A DNA stretch of 64,000 bases from Massalongia carnosa (Eukaryota), in the NCBI GenBank assembly GCA_965645245.1, contig OZ287080.1, positions 868,001 to 932,000 on the forward strand, written 5' to 3'. Each line of letters starts with the position of its first letter. The first letter of the stretch is position 1. Below, in pieces: positions 35,045 to 44,598 of this stretch. The notes below the pieces were generated by a model that did not search any database, was not told the origin of the DNA, and worked only from the letters and a program-made list of their open reading frames with translations. The position numbers and the translations under genes are program-made.

Positions 35045-38000
35045 TTTTTTTTATATTTATTTATTTATTTTATTTATTTATTAAGTGTATTCAACCTAAG
35101 GTTATGACACTAAACTATTTTAAGATATGGTTTTATTTTACAAATAAATCAACCCTTTATAACCCAACTATCTATCGTCAATATTGCCCCGTTTTTACTC
35201 CGTGTTAGTAACAACCTTTAGTTATCGAAATATCGATTTTACAATATGTTTTTATAAAGCTCGTAAATATTCCAGCATAAATCATTTCTAATTTTACTGT
35301 TCGATCTCTCCCCAACCTCCCGTTTCGATATTTTCATCATCGAGCAGACCTAGCATCCATTTTCTAGTCGCGATTTTGTTATCAACAATAAATTTAATCA
35401 AAATATTATTTCCGATCCTAGTATTAAAAAACATTTTTAAAGTAATTGTGGTATCGATATTTTGTTTTATGTTTAGGATTTCATTTGAATAATGTATGCA
35501 ATTCATCAATAAGTGTTCTGGCGTTTGACGTTCGTTGCAGCGCCCTGTGCATTTTGACAAATTATAATCTTTCAATCGGTGCAGATATGATCGAAAATAA
35601 CCGTGTCCGAATTTCATTTGCATAATAGTCGCAAATATTAATTTCGAACAATTATTCGACAGATAATAAAAACTCGATTTGCCCGGCTGCATTTCGAATT
35701 TCTCATAGTATTTGCCTTTTGACTTGCATTGATGCCATTGATTCGCCCATGTGGCTAACATATTTCGATTTATTTAACCCTTTACATAATCAATTTTTAT
35801 TATCGAAGACTCGACTAGGATTCGACTATGTCCCGCTTTTGCTGCTTTATCTGCAATTTCATTTTCGACGATTTTCGAATGACTAGGAATCCATTGTAGA
35901 ACCACCTGATAATAGTTTCCCAATAAGCATTTCGAGAATTTTCGAATTTGTTTTGCGTAAGTATGATTTGTCAAGTTCTTAATTTCGTTTATCGCTTTTA
36001 TGCTATCGGAAAAAATCCAAATCGTTTTTTCCAAATTGAAGAGAATATTCGCAATTGTCAATTTGTATGCCCATTTTATTGCTTGTAGTATCGCATACAG
36101 TTCAGCGTTTTTAACGCTTGACTGTTTGTTTAATTTCCAGCTTTTCGAAATAGTTTGATGTTTGAGGAGACAATCTTTCTCGATAAAACGATTGAAGTTA
36201 TCGGTGAAATTGTTCCAATTTCGCATAATTGGTGCAAATGTGACAGCGGAAGTTGAAAACTCGGTTTTTGATCAATCGGTATAGAGTAACATTCGCGATT
36301 TATCGGCGTTTATTGATTGGATTTGTGATAAAGTCGAATAATAACTTGACTTTGCTGTTTCTTTTGATCTTTCGATTTGGAACTTGATTTTACAAGACGG
36401 CTTCCATGGTTTGATGAAATTATTTACTGATTCGAATTCATCAGTTTTGTGAACTACATCCGAAACGGAATGAAGAATACGGATAAGCTGACTAGGATGA
36501 AGTTTACTCGATTTTTTCTCGTCTTCGTTCCATTCAGCATATCTGTTGTTCCATAAACTAGTGTCAAAACCGATGTTTTCGAATTTCACAGAATAGGTAC
36601 TGGGAATTCTTTGACAAATAGGATTATTTTCGGCAATCTTCAATAATTGAATTGCGTATTTTTGATTTTTCATCAACAATCGTAGCTTGGCTGGTAAAAT
36701 ATGCGATTCAATTTCCATCGCCTGAACAAGCGTTGTTTTGAATGTGCCTAAAATCTTTCGAATCATTCGATTTTGCATATTCTGAAATAGCTTTTCATAT
36801 GTCTTTTGACCGTTATACCAGATTTCTGAGCCATAGTCCGAAATAGGAATAATACACGACAGATAGAGCTGTCTGTATGCAGTTGGCTTTAGTCCCTATT
36901 CAGACTTCATCAAATTTTGAATTGCGAAAAACGATTGATTTGCAGAAGCAATTCGCGTTTCGACGTGTTTTTTAAAATTTAGTTTTCGGTCTAAGCAGAC
37001 TCCTAACCATTTGACAGAATTTTCGGTTCTAGTATTGTCCCGTTTGGTAATTGCACTTTGTCTTTTGATGCATTTCTTGACTTTTCGAAGTGAATCAACT
37101 CAGATTTGTCGTCATCAAATTTGACATTATTCGATGCGGCCCAATCAAAAGCTGTTTTGACGATAATTTCGATTTCTTTGCAATTCTGTGTGGCAGTTTT
37201 ATTTTCAACATATATTACAACATCGTCTATAAAGTTAGGTGAATGAGCATTGAATTTCATTCGTATTTTCGGAAATAAGTAACGAATATAAATCAGAAAT
37301 AGAATTGGCGAAATAGGTGAACCTTGTGGAATTCCAGATTCGATATAGTACGTTTTGCTTTTGTGTTCATCGAATATCAAATTGATCGATCGTTTTGTCA
37401 TAAAATGCTTGACCCATTGAATAACTATGCGTGATAAATGCAGCTTTTTCATAACATTTAGCAATTGATTAATCGAAACAAAGTCAAATGCTCCTTTGAC
37501 ATCGAGTAATAGACATGATAAAACGTTTTTGTTTCGGTTTGCGATTTCGATATCATGAACGACGTTCATTACCGCATCGATTGCAGAATGATTTTTCCGT
37601 CCGCCCATTTGTTCGGTATCTAACAAGGTCGAATTTTCGCCGAGGTAGGCTAGTCGATTAGCAACTATTTTCTCCGCAATTTTACCAAGACAATTCAGTA
37701 AGGTACTAATTCGATATGAATTTGGCAGCGAGTAGTCTGGTTTATTAGGTTTTTTTAAAACAGCACCGAGTCGTGTTCGCCAACATAACGGGTGATAACC
37801 GATTTGTATAAACTTAGAATAAATAGTAAAAAACACGTTTTTCAATTGTTGAAACGATTTTTGAATTATTGTGAAATTGATTGCATCAGGTCCACATGAT
37901 TTCTTTGGATTAAACAAACTAATCGCATTTTGCAATTCATTTTCGGTTAAATTCGGCCAATTGTTGTCATTTTCGCTGTCTTGATTCGTTAAATAGGATC

Positions 38001-38905
38001 GGAAAAGGCCTTTAAACACTGAACAACAAGAAACACAAGTACCGCAACTTTTGATACACTATAACTTTAACAGTCAATTGAGCCTCTATTTCTCAGTCAT
38101 TTGCGCTCCTCCAGAGTTAAAACGCTCTCAGATTGAGTGTAGGAGAGCTCTAGCAAAGCTCCAGCAGAGTTTTTCTGCTGGTCGCACGCGACCGACGTGA
38201 TAAAGCGCGCTCTAGAAGTTGGAAAAAACAACAAATACCAACAACCTCACCAAAAATCGCTCTTTTTTCTTGTTTTCTTCTGTTCTGTTGTCGCATGACC
38301 TTCAATTATTACTATAAAAATTATCTACAAAAATTATCTACTCTCGCGGGACTGTACAACAACTGTCGCGACGTCAGAGTCTTCTAAAGTTCATTCCTCA
38401 TTTAAGGTTACGGGAACTTCCGCAAGCACAAATTTTCATAGCATATTTCACGTATAATTTTTGCACATTCCATTTTCGGCTTTATAGATCTTCGTTGAAC
38501 GGCCGGTCAACAGATCACTGAAAAGAAGGGGAAAAACGTCTGGAATAGGATTATACGAAAGGTCCTGTTTCAGATTAATCAGAATAGGAAGTCTCCTATT
38601 GTCTTACATTGCATTAAAATTTATCTTTATTGAAAAAAGCAAAAAAAAAACTTTCATTATTTTCACCTATTGTAGTGTCTGGTAAAGGGTTAAATAAGAC
38701 TTACTGCCTTAGCGAGGAACGGTCTATTTTAACCCGATTAGGATTTATTTGACGCGTTATAGTCAAATAAATAGGGATAGGAAAGAAAGAGTCATTTGAC
38801 CAGTAAACAAACAGGTGTAAATTCTATTCTGACTAGTACGTCCGGGGAAAGTCAGAATAAATTATTTGGTGGCGATAAAAGGGATATTGCAAAGGCAAAA
38901 ACACT

Positions 38906-40564
38906 ATGCTCAATCGAAGATTTAACCCGATAGGTCATAGACCAAATCGATTGATACCAACAACTCCTCCCCCAGGCCCCCCTCCACAACATCTATGGGT
39001 CCCCCCGAGTACTCCCCCGTGCCCCCCCCGAACCGACTCCCCCACGCCATCTTCGGTAGCGATAATTGGGAGCAACCCCCTAACCGTAGAATCCACGGAG
39101 GCCATGGACCAAACGCGAGAATTTTCGTCCGCACCGTCCACACCCACCCCAAAAACGAAACCTTTTGTCGCGCCATCTGGTGAATTCAGTACCAATCTGC
39201 CCATGCCATCATTGAATTCTGATATTCGACTGAGTCCACCAATTAAACGCAACAAAAGACGAACATTTGACGAACATTCGATTGAGAGTCAAGAAGTCAT
39301 CAATCGATCAAAATCGATTCAACTATTGAATACGGCAAAAAATGCATTATTAGAGTCATTCGTAATAGATCAAAACCCCGAAACGGCTATGGTCATCGAT
39401 CACGTCAATTCTCTACTGGCAAAGAAATCGATCAAGCCAAAAGCAACGTTAGAAATGATTGATTGGAAATTGAATAGGGTGCTAGAACAAACTAGCCAAA
39501 TTCCAGAAACAAAGAGACAATCGGTGCATCCTATACAGACAAAATCGAAGGGAAATTCAAATGGAAATTCGAATTTGACTCAAAACGTCAACCCAGAAAT
39601 TCGGAGCGAAACCGCCGGAGTCCCAGGGCCGCAGGTCAACGATACAGCTAGAACATGGAGCCAAATGCTCGGAAAAGCGACTGTCAATTCCGAAAATTGG
39701 ACTACCGTTCCTCGATCCAAAAAAACAAACAAGAACAACAACAATAATTCGAATGCGAACAAATTCGATAATACTGACGATTTCAAGGCGATCAAATCTC
39801 GACGATTGATAATCACACCGAAAGCTCAAATCGGCGATATCGATTCACTGTTGCTTCGAAACCAAATCAATTCGCTTTTTAAACACGCGAAATTGACTAT
39901 CGTTGTTAACACGGTCGAAAAGTCCAAAACGGGTCAAAACATCGTTCTGACTACTAGTCCTGATAACACTGCTGAAGATTTATTGAACAATAAATCAATA
40001 TGGGAGCATTTATTCGACCCACGAACAGTTCGAAAGGACGAATCGTGGTTCAAAGTCGTCGCACACGGTGTAAATATTGCAACATTTGATGAAAATATGC
40101 AATATTTGCAAGACGAAATTCAAAAGTTCAATTCGAACATGCAATTATGCGATGTTCCCAGATGGCTAGCACGTGATCGTCATAACAAGATCAAATCATC
40201 CGTTGTTTTGACATTCAATGATCGAAATATGGCCTTGAACGCGTTAAAAGGAGTCAATATCGCGGGCCGACATTGTGACACGGAAATATTTACCTCCGTT
40301 CGTCCAAACACACAATGCATTAATTGTCAAAAATTTGGACACAAGCATTATCAATGCAAAAGTCAAGCGAAATGCAGCATATGTGCGCAAAACCATGAAA
40401 CACGCAATCATGAATGCACAACATGCAAGTCAAAAATTGCTTGTGCACACGCCGTTGTCAAATGCGCGAATTGCAACAAGAATCATCAGTCCAATGATGA
40501 AAATTGTGAAATGGTTATATCGTTAAATGTTCGAAAATCGACTGACGAATTAGCCGCTTTGTAA
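38906..40564 (+). CDS. LINE ORF1 gag-like nucleic-acid-binding protein, 552 aa
   Basis: Pro-rich N-terminus; C-terminal CINCQKFGHKHYQC, CSICAQNH and CANCNKNH knuckles. Confidence 0.95.
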   Translation: MLNRRFNPIGHRPNRLIPTTPPPGPPPQHLWVPPSTPPCPPRTDSPTPSSVAIIGSNPLTVESTEAMDQTREFSSAPSTPTPKTKPFVAPSGEFSTNLPMPSLNSDIRLSPPIKRNKRRTFDEHSIESQEVINRSKSIQLLNTAKNALLESFVIDQNPETAMVIDHVNSLLAKKSIKPKATLEMIDWKLNRVLEQTSQIPETKRQSVHPIQTKSKGNSNGNSNLTQNVNPEIRSETAGVPGPQVNDTARTWSQMLGKATVNSENWTTVPRSKKTNKNNNNNSNANKFDNTDDFKAIKSRRLIITPKAQIGDIDSLLLRNQINSLFKHAKLTIVVNTVEKSKTGQNIVLTTSPDNTAEDLLNNKSIWEHLFDPRTVRKDESWFKVVAHGVNIATFDENMQYLQDEIQKFNSNMQLCDVPRWLARDRHNKIKSSVVLTFNDRNMALNALKGVNIAGRHCDTEIFTSVRPNTQCINCQKFGHKHYQCKSQAKCSICAQNHETRNHECTTCKSKIACAHAVVKCANCNKNHQSNDENCEMVISLNVRKSTDELAAL

Positions 40565-43500
40565 TGGCAGGACAGCATTCGTTGACAAACATCGAAAATA
40601 CACAAAATGTTAAATTTATTCAACATAATTGTGCAAAGTCAACGAATGCAATGATATCGTGTTTGGAATATGCTTTATCAAATCAAATTGATATTGTTTT
40701 GTTTCAGGAACCATGGACACGAGATCAAAAAACAATATCACATCCGTCATTTACATGTATTATGCCAAAAATAGCGACTTATCGCTCGAGAGTAGCTATA
40801 TTTGTCACAAATGGCAATTCCAAACTGCAATTCACGCCTAGAACGGATCTTATTGACGATTCCGATATGCAAATTATTGAAATTACAATTGATGAAGTTC
40901 GAAAAGTGCAGATTTTCAATATTTATAACGAAAAAAGTCAAAGTGATCGAGAAACATACACGATCGATCGACTTTTAATCCAATTACAACCAAAATCAAC
41001 TGATCAATTCGTCATCTGTGGAGATTTCAATGCACATCATAACTGGTGGAATTCGAAAATTCAACAAGCAATTCGATCAGAAAATCTTGTCAAATGGTTG
41101 AAATTAAACAGGTGTAGCTTGATAAACACACCTGACTTATGTACATACTATGCCCATTCTGGAAGTTCTTCATCTGTTATTGATTTAACTTTTGCAAATT
41201 CTAAAATCGAAAATGCAATTACAAATTGGTCAATCGATGAAAACGCAGTCACAGGTTCTGATCATGAAGTCATCCGATTTGAACTAATCGCATCTTTCAA
41301 AAACTTGACGTCACATGCAACCGCATTATCGAATAAATACAATTGCAATAAAGCTGATTGGAATAAATTCGCGAAGTATCTAGACGAAAATTCAACCATC
41401 TACGAATCACAAGTTCAAAGTTTATTGAATAATCATCAATTCGACGAATCAGCGATATATTTGCAAAACGTTATCAAAAACGCGGCTGAAATGTTTATTC
41501 CGAAAACGAAAATTTGTGCAAAATCGAAAAATTGGTGGTCGCATGATTTAACTGAACTTCGAAAAACCATGTGCAGACATCGTCGAGAATGGAAGAATTA
41601 TCCGTCCGATTTTAGTCATCGGACGTTTAAACATAGTCGAATCGAGTATTTTCATGCAATTCGAAAAGCAAAACAACAAACATGGTTGACTTTTCTTGAA
41701 AATGCAGCAAATAAAGATGTATTTACCGCGTATAAATACACTAAACCGCGAATATTCGAAAAAATACCGCCGATTCTACATGAAAACAAGCTAAATGTTC
41801 AGTTTGATGACAAATGCGATGCATTTGTGTCAGCAATGTATACAAAAAACCCATTTATTGACGATAATGAGGAAGATTTATCAAATCAAGACAGCGTAAA
41901 TGATGATAATTGGCCAGATTTGACCGAAAACGAGTTGAAAAATGCGATTAGTTTATTTAATCCGAAGAAAGCATGTGGACCTGATGCAATCAATTTTACA
42001 ATTGTTCAAAAATCGTTTCAATCGTTGAAAAACGTGTTTTTCATGATTTATTCGAAATTCATTCGAATCGGTTATCACCCGTTATGCTGGCGGACAGGAC
42101 TCGGTGCAGTTCTGAAAAAACCTAATAAATCGGACTATTCGTTTCCAAAATCATATCGAATTATCACATTATTAAATTGTCTTGGTAAAATTGCTGAGAA
42201 AATCGTTGCAAATCGACTAGCCTACTTCGGCGAAAATTCGAATTTACTCGATATCGAACAGATGGGCGGACGCAAAAATCATTCTGCAATTGACGCAGTA
42301 ATGAACGTTGTTCATGATATTGAAATTGCAAATAGAAATAAAAACGTTTTATCATGTTTATTACTCGATGTCAAAGGCGCATTTGACTTTGTCTCGATTA
42401 ATCAACTGCTAAATGTTATGAAAAAACTGAAATTATCTCGCATAATAATTCAATGGGTCAAGCATTTCATGACAAAGCGATCGATCAATTTGATATTTGA
42501 TGAAAATTTAAGCAAAACATATTATGTCGAATCAGGAATTCCACAAGGCTCACCAATCTCGCCTATTCTATTTCTGATTTACATTCGTCACTTGTTTCCG
42601 AAAATACGAATGAAATTCAATGCACATTCTCCCAGTTTTATTGACGATGTTGCAATATATGTCGAAAATAAAACTGCAAAACAGAATTGCAAAGAAATCG
42701 AAATCATAGTCAAAACGGCCTTTGATTGGGCCGCATCGAATAATGTCAAATTTGATGACGATAAATCTGAGCTGATTCACTTCGAAAAGACAAGAAATGT
42801 ATCGAAAGACAAATTGGAATTACCAAACGGGACAGTACTAGAACCGAAAAATGTAGTCAAATGGTTGGGCGTCTGGTTAGACCGAAAACTAAATTTCAAA
42901 AAACACGTCGAAATGCGGATCTCTTCTGCGAATCGATCGTTTTTTGCAATTCAGAATTTGATGAAATCCGAATGGGGTCTGAAACCGACCGCATGCAGAC
43001 AGCTCTATATGTCATGCATTATTCCTATTTCGGACTACGGCTCAGAAATTTGGTATAATGGTCAAAAGAAATATGAAAAACTATTTCAGAACCTACAAAA
43101 TCAAATGATTCGAAAGATTTTAGGAACTTTCAAAACCACACCTATTCAGGCTATGGAAATTGAATCACATGTTTTACCAGTTAAACTTCGATTATTAATG
43201 AAAAATCAAAAATACGCAATTCGATTATTGAAGATTGCCGAAAATAACCCTATTTGTCAAAGAATTCCAAATACATATTCGATAAAATTCGAAAATATCG
43301 GTTTTGACACAAGTTTATGGAACAACAAATATGCCGAATGGAACGAAGACGAAAAACAAACAAATAAACGACATCCTAGTCAGCTTATTCGCGTTCTTCA
43401 TTCCGTTTCCGATATAGTTCACAAAACTGATGAATTTGAACAATCAAATCATTTTATTAAACCTTGGAAATCGCCTTGCAAAATCAAATTTCAAATCGAA

Positions 43501-44598
43501 AATACAAAGGAATCTGCTAAATCAAGTTATTATTCGACCTTATCCAAAATTAAATCAATGAACTCCGATAAATCCCGAGTTTTACTTTATACAGATGGAT
43601 CGAAAATAGAATTTGCAACGTCTGCAGTCACATTTGCGCCAGTTATAAGGAATTGGAGTAATATTATCAATAATTTTAATCGATTTATCGAAAAAGATTG
43701 TCTGATCAAGTATCATACGATTTCGAAAAGCTGGAAATTAAGCAAAAAGTCAAGCATTAAAAATGCTGAACTGCATGCGATTTTACAAGCAATGAAATGG
43801 GTCTATAAATTGTCGAATACTAATATTTTATCGAACTTAGAAAAAACGATTTGGATTTTTTCTGATAGTATAAACGCGATAAACGAAATTCAGAACTTGA
43901 CAAATCATATTTTCGCCAGACAAATTCGAAAGCTCGCAAAAATCTTATTTGAAAGCAATTTTCAGGTGATTTTGCAATGGGTTCCGAGTCATTCAAATAT
44001 TACCGAAAACGAAATTGCAGACAAAATAGCAAAGACGGGCCAAAATCAAATCCTAGTCGAGTCCTCGGCGATAACATTTGATTATGTAAAAGATCAAATA
44101 AATCAAAATATGCTAACCACATGGACGAATCAATGGCAACAATGCAAATCAAAAGGCAAATACTACGAGAAATTCGAAATGAAACCTGGCATATCGAGAT
44201 TTTATTATTTATCAAACAACTGTTCCAAATTGATATTTGCTACTATTATGCAATTAAAATTCGGACACGGCTATTTTCGATCTTATTTACAGCGATTGAA
44301 AGATTATAATTCGTCAAAATGCACAAATCGATGCAATCAACGACAAACGCCAGAACACTTGTTATTGAATTGCATTCACTATTTCGATGAAATTCAAAAC
44401 ATGAAACAAAATATCGATACTACCATCAACTTGAATATGTTGTTTAATACAAAAATCGGAAATGACATTTTGATTAAATTCATTGTCAATAACAAAATCG
44501 CGACAAGAAAATGGATACTAGGTCAGCTTGATGACGAGTTTTCGAAACTGGAGGTTGGGGATAGATCGAACAGTAAAATCAGAAACGATTTATGCTGA
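40564..44598 (+). CDS. LINE ORF2 polyprotein: AP endonuclease, reverse transcriptase, RNase H, CCHC; 1344 aa
   Basis: QHN/QEP/GDFNAHH/IDL/SDH; KACGPD, LDVKGAFD, PQGSP, FIDD, WLGV; YTDGS/NAEL/FSDS/NEIAD; CTNRC...H...C. A 1-nt deletion near 44539 replaces the usual IFETGGWGEIEQ end. Confidence 0.95.
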   Translation: MAGQHSLTNIENTQNVKFIQHNCAKSTNAMISCLEYALSNQIDIVLFQEPWTRDQKTISHPSFTCIMPKIATYRSRVAIFVTNGNSKLQFTPRTDLIDDSDMQIIEITIDEVRKVQIFNIYNEKSQSDRETYTIDRLLIQLQPKSTDQFVICGDFNAHHNWWNSKIQQAIRSENLVKWLKLNRCSLINTPDLCTYYAHSGSSSSVIDLTFANSKIENAITNWSIDENAVTGSDHEVIRFELIASFKNLTSHATALSNKYNCNKADWNKFAKYLDENSTIYESQVQSLLNNHQFDESAIYLQNVIKNAAEMFIPKTKICAKSKNWWSHDLTELRKTMCRHRREWKNYPSDFSHRTFKHSRIEYFHAIRKAKQQTWLTFLENAANKDVFTAYKYTKPRIFEKIPPILHENKLNVQFDDKCDAFVSAMYTKNPFIDDNEEDLSNQDSVNDDNWPDLTENELKNAISLFNPKKACGPDAINFTIVQKSFQSLKNVFFMIYSKFIRIGYHPLCWRTGLGAVLKKPNKSDYSFPKSYRIITLLNCLGKIAEKIVANRLAYFGENSNLLDIEQMGGRKNHSAIDAVMNVVHDIEIANRNKNVLSCLLLDVKGAFDFVSINQLLNVMKKLKLSRIIIQWVKHFMTKRSINLIFDENLSKTYYVESGIPQGSPISPILFLIYIRHLFPKIRMKFNAHSPSFIDDVAIYVENKTAKQNCKEIEIIVKTAFDWAASNNVKFDDDKSELIHFEKTRNVSKDKLELPNGTVLEPKNVVKWLGVWLDRKLNFKKHVEMRISSANRSFFAIQNLMKSEWGLKPTACRQLYMSCIIPISDYGSEIWYNGQKKYEKLFQNLQNQMIRKILGTFKTTPIQAMEIESHVLPVKLRLLMKNQKYAIRLLKIAENNPICQRIPNTYSIKFENIGFDTSLWNNKYAEWNEDEKQTNKRHPSQLIRVLHSVSDIVHKTDEFEQSNHFIKPWKSPCKIKFQIENTKESAKSSYYSTLSKIKSMNSDKSRVLLYTDGSKIEFATSAVTFAPVIRNWSNIINNFNRFIEKDCLIKYHTISKSWKLSKKSSIKNAELHAILQAMKWVYKLSNTNILSNLEKTIWIFSDSINAINEIQNLTNHIFARQIRKLAKILFESNFQVILQWVPSHSNITENEIADKIAKTGQNQILVESSAITFDYVKDQINQNMLTTWTNQWQQCKSKGKYYEKFEMKPGISRFYYLSNNCSKLIFATIMQLKFGHGYFRSYLQRLKDYNSSKCTNRCNQRQTPEHLLLNCIHYFDEIQNMKQNIDTTINLNMLFNTKIGNDILIKFIVNNKIATRKWILGQLDDEFSKLEVGDRSNSKIRNDLC

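Noticed and set aside
42568..44309. Recurrent small ORFs (MNQLGFIV..., MVGRLVRP..., MDESMATM..., MINNKISI...)
   Set aside because: They are shadow frames of LINE ORF2 and recur only because the LINE is repeated.
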